This document shows positions 1 to 8,317 of a DNA stretch of 32,000 nt, piece after piece. How positions within the stretch are numbered: the first letter of the stretch is position 1; every line of letters begins with the position of its first letter. This DNA is from an uncultured bacterium (GTDB lineage: Bacteria; GCA-001730085), in assembly GCA_964565945.1 (NCBI GenBank), contig CAZMGY010000010.1:59344-91343 (forward strand). Direction: 5' to 3'. The notes under the pieces are model-generated. The model was not told the DNA's origin, did not search any database, and worked only from the letters and a program-made list of their open reading frames with translations. Made by a program: the position numbers and the translations under genes.

Positions 1-1527
1 GCTCTTGCGAAATTTTTCCTCTTTGGCATTTTTCTCAAGTTCTTGAGGATCTAAAACGATGCGTTTGATTGGAGAAAGAAGGATAACGGTTTGTTCCGTT
101 TTGAGTGGAGAGCTAATGCCATTGTTAGGAAGATCAAAACTGGCTTTACTAACATCGACATTGTATCCAATGCCTACAATTGCGCCGTTTTGGGTGAAAG
201 GCTCGGGTGTCATTACTTTGAAGCCTAGCTTGTTGGCAGCATCGTTAAAGCTACTTGATGAGTTGTTTTGAATGTTCTCGATAATCTGTGTGCGAGTTTG
301 TTGAGCTGCTTCGAAGGCTTGTGTGTGGCTTTGGTTTCGGATATAGATTTTTTGGATACTGTCTTGAGCTTCGTCAAAAGAGGGGATATAGGGGGCTTTT
401 TCTTCTAGAACTTTAAGGACATAAAAGCCATCGATGGCGGGAATAAGGTCGCTGCTATTGCCCAGGTTGAGTGTGAAGGTTTTACGAATTAACTCTCGAG
501 GAATAAGGCTTGAGGTGGCTTGGCCTGAGGCTTGAAAGAAAGGTGTTTCTGTAAAGGTTATTCCGTGTTTTTTTTCGATATCCGATAAATGAACTTGATC
601 CAACAAGGCCTCTGAAATAGCAAAGGATTTTTGTTCGGCGATATCCTTTTGGATGTTTTGCTTAAGGAGTTGTTCAATTGAAGCGCGTACGTCTTCCAGT
701 GGTCGGTAAGGTGTCGAAGGCGTTTCTTCTTTGGCGCTTGTTTTTTGAACTGTTTTGAAGAGCTCTTGGTTGCTTGAGTAGAAAGCTTCGATGGCTTCGT
801 CGGTAACATTGTCCTCAGGCATTGTGCTAGCTAAAATATGGGTGTAAGCAATTTTGCGTTGCTCGGGCACGAGAAATTGTTGTTGATTTTCGTTAAAGAA
901 AGCGCGGAGTTGTTTGGAATTGATTTGCTTAGCGGATGGTTTGTATTGGTTATAAGCAAATGAGATATAGTTGATTTTAACCTTTTCATTAAGAAGGCGG
1001 TAGACGTCAAACAACTCTTGTTCCGATACAAGAACACTTTGGTTGATTTGATTACGTCTTTTATTGATTAGTAGCGACTCACGTTCTCTTTCTTCGAATT
1101 GGCTCGGTGTGAGTTTGAAAAATTGGCGTAAGATTCCATCATAACGCTCTTTCGAAAATATTCCATCTTGCTGGAAAAAAGGAATGCTTTGAACATGTTT
1201 GACTAGTTCTTTATCGGTGATGGTGATGTTATTATTTCGAGCTTCTCTTAATAGGGCAATGCGTTCCCATGCTAAATCTTGGAAGTTAAAAAATTTAGCG
1301 ATTTCATAATAACTATCTCCGTAAGTGAGCATAGCTCTCGATTCCACAGCCGTAAAAGCACTGTTGAACTCTTTGACATTGACGCGTTGTCCCCAAACTT
1401 TGCCAGCATAACTAGACTTGCGAGCTACAATAGCGCTACTAACACCCCAAAGAACAAAAGCGGGAATAATCAGAGAAATAAGGACAATCACAATGGTCTT
1501 TGTTTGACTTCTTAATAGTTGAAACAT
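1..1527 (-). CDS. ppiD: PpiD-like periplasmic folding chaperone (SurA-N/PpiD family), partial; its 3' end lies beyond the window start
   Basis: Absent from the ORF track because it runs off the edge. My reverse-strand translation from ATG (complement of 1525-1527) is open for all 509 codons to position 1. The N-terminus MFQLLRSQTKTIVIVLISLIIPAFVLWG is the signal-anchor typical of PpiD, followed by SurA-N-like text (YAGKVWGQRVNVKEFNSAF, ERIALLREA). A GGAGA Shine-Dalgarno (SD) sequence lies 7 nt upstream on the - strand. Confidence 0.7.
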   Translation of the reverse strand, partial: MFQLLRSQTKTIVIVLISLIIPAFVLWGVSSAIVARKSSYAGKVWGQRVNVKEFNSAFTAVESRAMLTYGDSYYEIAKFFNFQDLAWERIALLREARNNNITITDKELVKHVQSIPFFQQDGIFSKERYDGILRQFFKLTPSQFEERERESLLINKRRNQINQSVLVSEQELFDVYRLLNEKVKINYISFAYNQYKPSAKQINSKQLRAFFNENQQQFLVPEQRKIAYTHILASTMPEDNVTDEAIEAFYSSNQELFKTVQKTSAKEETPSTPYRPLEDVRASIEQLLKQNIQKDIAEQKSFAISEALLDQVHLSDIEKKHGITFTETPFFQASGQATSSLIPRELIRKTFTLNLGNSSDLIPAIDGFYVLKVLEEKAPYIPSFDEAQDSIQKIYIRNQSHTQAFEAAQQTRTQIIENIQNNSSSSFNDAANKLGFKVMTPEPFTQNGAIVGIGYNVDVSKASFDLPNNGISSPLKTEQTVILLSPIKRIVLDPQELEKNAKEEKFRKS

Positions 1528-1607
1528 TGAGTTTTCTCCAAATTTTTTTATTTTTTATCCAAAAGGCACTATAGTATAAATCAGATAAAGAGTGTTTTGC
1601 AAGTATT

Positions 1608-3821
1608 GTGGAGATTTTACCTTTGGCTCGATTAAGGTTTACTCATTTAAGCCTCAAACAGCTTTTTGTTCGAACCTTTGCAACATTGATGATTGTGTTC
1701 CTTATATTGGGGGGGTTGTGCGGGCATTTCTTATTAAGCATCCATTCCACCTTGCATGAAAAATCTCAAACAGAAGCGCTTCTTCAACACAATGTGAACA
1801 AGATGGAATTGCAAATCCTTAATCTTGTGCGCAGTTTAGGTGCCTATTTAAGTGTTTCGTCCGCAAGTAATAAAGAGGCCCTTAATCAAGGTAAGCAGCG
1901 CTTTCTTGAGTCGGTTCGGCATTACGAAAGTTTGTCTTGGGCCAAAAGTCAATACGAAGAAACCTCACAATTAGTAGCTTGGAGTAAGTTGTTGCAAATA
2001 GAGGTCGACCGTATGATTGTGCTACAAAGCGATATCAATTTGATCTTTATAGGTGTTGAAAAACTCAAAAGTCAGCTATGGCAGTCTTTGGCCGAGGAAA
2101 AAAGCCGTTTGCGAGGAGGAGAAGAGCTTTACACTGAAACCTTGAAGCAGATTTTGCGTTTGGAAAAATATGTCCAAACGATCGACTCTCTGATTGCGCC
2201 CAATTTCATCAAAGAGGATAAAACGTTTTACGAAGAAATTTATGATCTCGAGCGCGATTATCGGGCCATTTTTCAGGCACAGGAGGGAGCGGTTACAACT
2301 TTTTCTCACGAGGGTTTTTTTAATATCTTTAACGAATTTTCGGCGATGATTAATGTGAGTTACAAATTAATCAAGTTTAGAGAGAGCCGTACGAGCCTGA
2401 TGGAAGATTTGCAAAAGCTATCAAGCCAAATTTTGGCTCTATTGAATGACCGGATTCTCCTTATGCTTAGCGATCGCAATGTGGTGGTTCAAAAAATCAT
2501 TGATGAGCGACTCTTAAAATTATCCTTATTATTTCTTATTTTGATTGTAGCCATGTTTATTCTAGGTAGCTTGTTTTATGTGGTGTTTATGCGCATGGTG
2601 GTGAATCCTTTGTTGGAGCTCACGCACCGTATGCATATGACGAGTAGCTTGAATGATGTGGAGCACGCATCTCTTAACGAGCAGGGGTGCTTAGAAACAC
2701 AAGACTTATATTATTCGTTTGGCTATATGATTCGAACCATTCGAGAGCAGGAAAGTTTGCTCAAAAACTCAATTGAAAATATGGAAGAGTCTTTTGTTCT
2801 TGCTCAGATTAAAACCGATGAGCATTGTTTTGCCGTTGTTGATTGCAATCCCTCGGCAGAGGAGATGTTTAGAATGAATAAAACCGACATTGTTGGTCAG
2901 GATTTGGTTGAAATTTTCCCTTGGTTTTCTGAGCATAGCTTGATTGAACGAGCTTGGATTGTTTTTCACTCGGGGACAGCATCGTCCTTTGATAAGGTGA
3001 CATTGGTGGTTGACGAGCGAGAACAATTTATTGAGTTAACGATCTACAAAGTTGAAGATGGAGTTGCACTTTTGGCAAGAGATGTTACTGCACGTTTGAT
3101 GATGGAAAAGCATCTCCTGCATTCTGAAAAACTAGTTGCTGTTGGAGAAATGGCTGCCGGTGTTGCCCATGAAATAGGAAACCCATTAACAGCTGTTAGT
3201 TCCATTGTGCAAATTTTAAGTAAGCAAGAAGATGATCCCCAAAAACAGAAAGACTTAACTATAGTTTATCAAAACATTCAAAGGATTCAAGATGCTTTGC
3301 AAAATATTGTTGATTATTCTCGTAAGCCTAAGCAGGAAAAAACCATTTTTTCTGTGCACGAAACGCTTGATCATGTGGAAGAGTTAATGCAATATCATAA
3401 AAAATTGAAAGATGTGGACTTGATTATGCGCAAAGATGCGGCTAAATCGCTGATTTGCGCTGATTCGAAGGATATTGAGCAAGTTTTGCTTAATATTCTT
3501 GTGAATGCAGCTGATGCGATCGAAGAGCGTCGTCAAAAAGAGTTTAACTTGCGAGGTAGCATTACGCTAATGACTCAAAATGATTCGACCCATTGCAATA
3601 TTAGCATTTTTGATAACGGGATTGGTTTGGATTGCCGCGAGATTAAAAAAATCTTCGAACCTTTTTTCACAACCAAAAAAAAGGTGGAAGGTTCTGGAAC
3701 AGGTTTAGGAATGACTATTGTTAAGAATACTGTTGAGCGATATGATGGCCGTGTGGAGATTTTTTCAGATAAAGGGCATGGTACCCGAGTTGTGTTATCA
3801 TTTCCTTTGCAAAGTTTTTGA
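1608..3821 (+). CDS. Membrane sensor histidine kinase: TM, ~255-aa extracytoplasmic helical region, TM, PAS-like, HisKA, HATPase_c
   Basis: H-box AAGVAHEIGNPLTAV, N-box LLNILVNAADAI, G1 DNGIGL, G2 GSGTGLGM. Two hydrophobic segments (FATLMIVFLILGGLCGHFLL and LSLLFLILIVAMFILGSLFYVVF). GTG start taken from the ORF track, so the exact start is uncertain. Confidence 0.9.
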   Translation: MEILPLARLRFTHLSLKQLFVRTFATLMIVFLILGGLCGHFLLSIHSTLHEKSQTEALLQHNVNKMELQILNLVRSLGAYLSVSSASNKEALNQGKQRFLESVRHYESLSWAKSQYEETSQLVAWSKLLQIEVDRMIVLQSDINLIFIGVEKLKSQLWQSLAEEKSRLRGGEELYTETLKQILRLEKYVQTIDSLIAPNFIKEDKTFYEEIYDLERDYRAIFQAQEGAVTTFSHEGFFNIFNEFSAMINVSYKLIKFRESRTSLMEDLQKLSSQILALLNDRILLMLSDRNVVVQKIIDERLLKLSLLFLILIVAMFILGSLFYVVFMRMVVNPLLELTHRMHMTSSLNDVEHASLNEQGCLETQDLYYSFGYMIRTIREQESLLKNSIENMEESFVLAQIKTDEHCFAVVDCNPSAEEMFRMNKTDIVGQDLVEIFPWFSEHSLIERAWIVFHSGTASSFDKVTLVVDEREQFIELTIYKVEDGVALLARDVTARLMMEKHLLHSEKLVAVGEMAAGVAHEIGNPLTAVSSIVQILSKQEDDPQKQKDLTIVYQNIQRIQDALQNIVDYSRKPKQEKTIFSVHETLDHVEELMQYHKKLKDVDLIMRKDAAKSLICADSKDIEQVLLNILVNAADAIEERRQKEFNLRGSITLMTQNDSTHCNISIFDNGIGLDCREIKKIFEPFFTTKKKVEGSGTGLGMTIVKNTVERYDGRVEIFSDKGHGTRVVLSFPLQSF

Positions 3822-3835
3822 TTAAAGGTTTCTTA

Positions 3836-4222
3836 ATGAGCGTGAAAGTACGTAAAAAAATTCTTATTGTTGATGATGAAGAGGCGATTCATTATATTTT
3901 TGACCGCATGCTGGAGGATCAGTATGAGATTTTGCATGCCAAAAATGTTCAAGAGGCTAAAGCCCAAACCTTTATGGCTAAAGAGATTGATTTAGTGATC
4001 ACTGATGTTTTTTTAGGTGGAGAAACTGGTATCGAAATTGTGGGGGAGATCCGGGATTTTGGCCGTAATATTCCTGTGATTATTATGTCGGCTTATGCCA
4101 ATGAAATGACACAGCAAGCGATTCAGGATATTCAAAAAACCTTTCAATGCGTTTTTGAAAGTAAGCCTTTTGATAACGATGAAATGCTCGGGCTTGTGCG
4201 AAAAATGCTCAAAGATGACTAA
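3836..4222 (+). CDS. Single-domain response regulator (CheY-like receiver, no output domain)
   Basis: KILIVDDEE acidic pocket, DLVITDVFL phospho-acceptor Asp, IIMSAY and KPF conserved positions. ATG 3836 is preferred over the track's TTG 3818, which overlaps the kinase stop. Confidence 0.9.
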   Translation: MSVKVRKKILIVDDEEAIHYIFDRMLEDQYEILHAKNVQEAKAQTFMAKEIDLVITDVFLGGETGIEIVGEIRDFGRNIPVIIMSAYANEMTQQAIQDIQKTFQCVFESKPFDNDEMLGLVRKMLKDD

Positions 4223-4245
4223 GGCTGGTTTCAAGAAGGCTTGAG

Positions 4246-4274
4246 TAGTCAACAGTTCAATTAAATGCTATAAT
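4246..4274 (+). promoter_or_regulatory. Candidate sigma70 promoter for leuA (TAGTCA, 17 nt spacer, TGcTATAAT extended -10)
   Basis: Perfect TATAAT at 4269-4274, with TG at 4266-4267. The -35-like TAGTCA is at 4246-4251. The promoter sits ~75 nt upstream of the leuA ATG. Confidence 0.4.
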
Positions 4275-4350
4275 GGCATGGCGGTTTGTACTCTTATAAG
4301 TATGTTAAATGGTGTTTTTGTTATTCAACTTAAACAATAGGGAGTCAGTC

Positions 4351-6003
4351 ATGGATAACCAAGACTATGTGAAAATATTTGACACGACGCTTCGTGATGG
4401 TGAGCAGTCGCCCCATGTGACAATGAATATCAAGGAAAAGCTTGAATTGGCTCGTCAGTTGGAGAAGCTCAATGTGGATATTATTGAGGCTGGTTTTCCG
4501 ATTGTGTCTCCTGGTGATTTTGAAGCGGTTCGTTTGGTGTCTCAAGAGATCCAAACCTCGACCATTTGTGCCTTGGCCCGATGCCGTGATGAAGATATTG
4601 ATAAAGCGGCAGAAGCGCTTGAATTGGCTAAAAATAAGAGGATTCATGTGTTTGTGGCCACATCGGAGATTCATCGCAAGTATAAATTCAATAAGGCGCA
4701 AGAAGAAATTTTACAGATTGCCATTGAAGGTGTGAAGCGAGCGCGTTCTTTGGTTGATGATGTTGAATTTTCACCCGAAGATGCGGCGCGTACCGAGTTG
4801 CCTTTTTTGGCTCAAATTACCGAAGCTGTGATTGAAGCGGGTGCGACGACGATTAATATTCCCGACACGGTTGGTTACATAACTCCTTTTGAGTTTGCCG
4901 AAGTGATTCGCTACCTTAAGGAACATGTGCCCAATATTGATAAGGTCACATTAAGCGTGCATTGTCACGACGATTTAGGTATGGCTGTGGCGAATAGTCT
5001 TTCGGCTCTGATGGCTGGAGCTCGTCAGGTGGAGTGTACGATCAATGGTATTGGTGAGCGTGCTGGTAATTGTTCGATGGAAGAAGTCGTGATGGCGCTT
5101 AAAACGCGCAAGAAATACTTCGGATTCGAAACGGGTGTGACAACACGGGAGTTTTATAAAACCAGTCGGATGGTGAGCGATATCACAGGATTGGTGGTTC
5201 AGCCTAACAAAGCGATTGTTGGAGCCAATGCTTTTGTTCATGAAGCTGGCATTCATCAAGATGGCATGTTAAAAAATCGCGAAACCTATGAAATTATGAA
5301 CCCTAAGGATGTTGGATGGGGTGAAAGTGAGCTTGTTATAGGCAAACACTCGGGGCGGCACGCTTTTGAAAAGGATCTTGAGGCTAAGGGCCTCACGCTG
5401 AAGAAAAAAGATCTTGAAGTGGCGTTTCAGTTGTGGAAAGTTGTGTGTGATAAGCAAAAAGTTGATTACAATGAAGATGTTGCGAGCATTGTCGCAAATG
5501 CCACGCTTAACACGACCGACCTTTTTTCTTCGGAAACTGTCACGCTTAACACGACCGACATTGTTTCTTTGGAAAACGTCACGCTTAACACGACCGACAT
5601 TGTTTCTTTGGAAAGTGTTACGCTTAACACGACCGACATTTTTTCTTTGGAAAGCGTCGAGATGGGTTATCATTTCAAGGCCAATGATGAGCGATCCTTT
5701 CCGAAAGCTAAAGTACTCATTAAGGATGCTAAAAAAGATAGCCTGTTGATGGGTGAAGCTGTTGGCGATGGTCCAGTTGACGCTATTTTTCAGGCAATGG
5801 AGCAAGTTTTGGATATGGATGTAACCGTTTTGAACTACACCATTCGTTCGGTGACACGCGGGCAAGATGCCTTAGGTGAGGTGACGGTGAAAGTCAGCCG
5901 TGATGGCAAAAGACCCATGGTAGGTCGTGCCGCCAGCACCGATATATTGGAAGCCAGTGCTAAGGCTTTTTTATTGGCGCTGAATCGAGTTGTTAGGGCG
6001 TAA
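4351..6003 (+). CDS. leuA: 2-isopropylmalate synthase
   Basis: Collinear with E. coli LeuA as I recall it: FDTTLRDGEQSP, CALARC..DID, INIPDTVGY, HCHDDLGMAVANSL, NGIGERAGNCSMEEV, HEAGIHQDGMLKNRETYEIM, and a C-terminal LeuA regulatory domain (GDGPVDA, ALGEV). ATG 4351 with an AGGGAG SD is preferred over the track's ATG 4309. Confidence 0.95.
   Translation: MDNQDYVKIFDTTLRDGEQSPHVTMNIKEKLELARQLEKLNVDIIEAGFPIVSPGDFEAVRLVSQEIQTSTICALARCRDEDIDKAAEALELAKNKRIHVFVATSEIHRKYKFNKAQEEILQIAIEGVKRARSLVDDVEFSPEDAARTELPFLAQITEAVIEAGATTINIPDTVGYITPFEFAEVIRYLKEHVPNIDKVTLSVHCHDDLGMAVANSLSALMAGARQVECTINGIGERAGNCSMEEVVMALKTRKKYFGFETGVTTREFYKTSRMVSDITGLVVQPNKAIVGANAFVHEAGIHQDGMLKNRETYEIMNPKDVGWGESELVIGKHSGRHAFEKDLEAKGLTLKKKDLEVAFQLWKVVCDKQKVDYNEDVASIVANATLNTTDLFSSETVTLNTTDIVSLENVTLNTTDIVSLESVTLNTTDIFSLESVEMGYHFKANDERSFPKAKVLIKDAKKDSLLMGEAVGDGPVDAIFQAMEQVLDMDVTVLNYTIRSVTRGQDALGEVTVKVSRDGKRPMVGRAASTDILEASAKAFLLALNRVVRA
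5503..5658 (+). repeat. In-frame tandem repeat, 4 x 39 bp, inside leuA
   Basis: The 18-nt core ACGCTTAACACGACCGAC starts at 5503, 5542, 5581 and 5620, an exact 39-nt period. It encodes TLNTTD(L/I)(F/V)S(S/L)E(T/N/S)V four times. Confidence 0.95.
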
Positions 6004-6016
6004 AGCTCATAGGGTG

Positions 6017-6031
6017 TTTTTTTGGGGGGGG
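6017..6031 (+). repeat. T7-G8 double homopolymer tract, 6 nt upstream of the DUF4870 start codon
   Basis: The tract is tttttttgggggggg, followed by taagag then ATG (6038). Confidence 0.9.
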
Positions 6032-6037
6032 TAAGAG

Positions 6038-6409
6038 ATGAGTGTCGTCGATATACTAACACATGAGGAACCACTTTCTCCCCGAGAGCGCAAAATTGCC
6101 GCCTTGTGTCATTTGAGTGCGCTTTTGGGCATGTTCATTCCTATGTTTCATGTGATTTCCCCGCTTATTATCTGGCTTTTGTATCGAGATCGTTCTTTGT
6201 ACATTGATGATCAAGGACGTGAAGCGGTTAACTTTCAACTGAGTTTAACTTGCTATTTGATTGCATCTTTATTATTGGTGTTTATCTTTGTCGGTATTTT
6301 TTTTATGAGTGTCTTGGCTGTTTTTAGTTTTATTTCTGTCGTGATTGCGACGGTTAAGGCGTCGCAAGGACACAGTTTTCGTTACCAACTTAACCTTCGA
6401 ATTATTTAA
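6038..6409 (+). CDS. DUF4870 (Tic20-like) small membrane protein
   Basis: ERKIAALCHLSALLG...ISPLIIWLLYRDRSLYIDDQGREAVNFQLSL...ATVKASQGHSFRY matches the DUF4870 pattern as I remember it. Three hydrophobic helices. Confidence 0.75.
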   Translation: MSVVDILTHEEPLSPRERKIAALCHLSALLGMFIPMFHVISPLIIWLLYRDRSLYIDDQGREAVNFQLSLTCYLIASLLLVFIFVGIFFMSVLAVFSFISVVIATVKASQGHSFRYQLNLRII

Positions 6410-6412
6410 ACG

Positions 6413-8275
6413 ATGTTTCATCCTTTTCCTTTGGATCAATGGCGGTCTTTTTTAGAGACTGAGCCAGAATACATGTTGTTGGAAACCATTGTGCCAGATG
6501 TTTTTCGTTCACAGACTCTTGTCCTGTATCGTCCCGAGCATGTATTAACCTTTTGCGGGGGCGATGATTGGACGTCTTTCAAAGAAATATTGATGCAGTT
6601 GCAGCGAGATGGATTCACTTTAGGTGTTCAGGCGCATTACGAACTTGCTTATGAGTGGGAAGAATCTTTGCAGCATCTCCGTGTTGCACAGGGGTTGCCT
6701 TTGATGACCTGCATGGCGTGTCGGACACCTTTGATTTTTGACCATAGCTCGGGAAAGTTTCGCTTTTCAATCGAGCACCTTAAAGACACCGTGAAAACGG
6801 TTGCGGATCAAGCGTTTTGGATATCGGATATGCAGTTAGCGATTGACCCAGAAACATATGTTCGCAAAGTCGAAACGGTTCAAGAGGCTTTACGACAGGG
6901 GCGAACGTATCAGGTAAATTTAACCGATGAGTGGTCGGCACATTTTTGTGGTTCTGTGGTGAGTTTATATGAAAGCTTACGCCAGCAGCAGGGTGTTAGT
7001 TATGCTGCGCTTGTTAAATATAAAACACAATATACGGTTTCCTTATCGCCAGAACTTTTTTTTAGGATGAATGCTAAAGGTAAAATTGTTGTTCGCCCGA
7101 TGAAAGGCACTGCACCTCGTGGTATGCAGCATGAGCAGGACGGACAGACGCAAGAGTATTTGAAAAAAGATCCCAAAAATCGAAGCGAAAACCTGATGAT
7201 TGTTGATTTGTTGCGCAATGATTTAGGTCGTGTGTGCAAAAAGGGCAGTGTGCATGTTCAGGGCTTGTGTGAGGTCGAAGCTTATCCCACCGTATGGCAA
7301 ATGACCTCTCGCATTGCTGGCTATAAACAAAAGGAGCAGTCGGTTTGGGATGTTTTACAGATGTTATTTCCCTGTGGTTCGGTGACTGGGGCGCCGAAGA
7401 TAGAGAGTATGAAAGTAATTACAGAGCTTGAAAACCGGAAGCGTGGTATTTACACTGGAGCTTTGGGATGCGTTTATCCTGATCAACGAGCTGTTTTTAA
7501 TGTTCCCATTCGCACCATAACTGTAGATGCCCATCATTTGACCATGGGGGTTGGCAGTGGAATTGTGATCGATTCGGTGGCCGAAGATGAATACAAAGAA
7601 TGTTTGGTGAAATCTCATTTTTTAACCCATGTGAGCCAGCCGTTTGAATTGATTGAAACGATTCGATGGGAGCAGGGCTATGCCTTGTTGGATCGTCATC
7701 TCGATCGCTTGAAAGCATCGGCACAATTTTTTGCTTGCTCTTATGAAGAGGCTCTTATTAAGAGCATTTTACAGCAGGTGGCTACATCTTTAGAGGAAGG
7801 GACTATTTATAAAGTTCGTCTCTACATGAATACTCAAGGTGCTTTGCGATGCAAAACATCTCTGGTATCTTTACCTGAGTCAACTCCTTTGTTGCTGGGG
7901 TTAGCGGCTTATTTTTTGCATGATCAAAATCCTTTTTTATATCATAAGACCACGCGAAGAAATCTCTATCGTCAAGAACAGCAAAGGGCTAAGAAGAGAG
8001 GTCTTTTTGACGTTTTGTTTTTCAATCAAGACGGGTGGTTGTGTGAGGGCAGTATTTGCAATGTTTATTTGGAAATAGATGGACAGTGGGTGACTCCCGC
8101 GCTTGAATCAGGTTTGCTTAACGGGGTGTATCGCCAATATTTTTTGGCACAGCGTCCTGAGATTGAAGAACGCAAGCTTTCGCGAGATGATCTAATGCGA
8201 GCTGAACGCATTTGGGTTTCCAATGCTATAATCCAATTGAAAGAAGCGACACTTATTCCGTCATCACGTGGCTGA
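6413..8275 (+). CDS. pabB: Bifunctional aminodeoxychorismate synthase component I / aminodeoxychorismate lyase (chorismate-binding domain fused to class IV aminotransferase fold)
   Basis: N-terminal chorismate-utilising motifs SPELFF, VRPMKGTAPRG, ENLMIVDLLRNDL, FPCGSVTGAPK, RGIYTGALG. The Lys in PMKGT is the PabB signature; TrpE has Ala at that position. The C-terminal ~200 aa (LDRHLDRLKASAQFF...EGSICNVY...GLLNGV) looks like PabC/class IV aminotransferase. Confidence 0.85.
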   Translation: MFHPFPLDQWRSFLETEPEYMLLETIVPDVFRSQTLVLYRPEHVLTFCGGDDWTSFKEILMQLQRDGFTLGVQAHYELAYEWEESLQHLRVAQGLPLMTCMACRTPLIFDHSSGKFRFSIEHLKDTVKTVADQAFWISDMQLAIDPETYVRKVETVQEALRQGRTYQVNLTDEWSAHFCGSVVSLYESLRQQQGVSYAALVKYKTQYTVSLSPELFFRMNAKGKIVVRPMKGTAPRGMQHEQDGQTQEYLKKDPKNRSENLMIVDLLRNDLGRVCKKGSVHVQGLCEVEAYPTVWQMTSRIAGYKQKEQSVWDVLQMLFPCGSVTGAPKIESMKVITELENRKRGIYTGALGCVYPDQRAVFNVPIRTITVDAHHLTMGVGSGIVIDSVAEDEYKECLVKSHFLTHVSQPFELIETIRWEQGYALLDRHLDRLKASAQFFACSYEEALIKSILQQVATSLEEGTIYKVRLYMNTQGALRCKTSLVSLPESTPLLLGLAAYFLHDQNPFLYHKTTRRNLYRQEQQRAKKRGLFDVLFFNQDGWLCEGSICNVYLEIDGQWVTPALESGLLNGVYRQYFLAQRPEIEERKLSRDDLMRAERIWVSNAIIQLKEATLIPSSRG

Positions 8276-8317
8276 GCCGCGGGATCTTGAAGTTACATTG
8301 ATGTCAAAGGGTAGAAA

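Noticed and set aside
4281-4350. Leucine-attenuator leader peptide or T-box upstream of leuA
   Set aside because: The only upstream mini-ORF (ATG 4302, MLNGVFVIQLKQ) has just two scattered Leu codons. I saw no alternative terminator/antiterminator hairpins or T-box specifier structure.
4309-4350. ORF-track N-terminal extensions of leuA; likewise xerC at 16403, aroB at 11628, aroC at 10014, the rhodanese-Nfu gene at 18745 and the antiporter at 21284
   Set aside because: The extensions lack SD sequences, overlap upstream genes, or add residues absent from the conserved family N-termini. Internal ATG codons with proper SD spacing were chosen instead.
5503-5658. Possible CRISPR-like array, because of regularly spaced identical 18-nt cores
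   Set aside because: The intervening 21-nt segments are near-identical to each other, not unique spacers. The period is only 39 nt, the array is in frame within a conserved enzyme, and no cas genes are present.
5269-5865. 198-aa antisense ORF, and the 111-aa + strand ORF at 5414-5749, both with striking internal peptide repeats
   Set aside because: Both lie wholly inside leuA. Their repeats are simply the leuA 39-bp tandem repeat read in other frames. They have no SD and no independent support.
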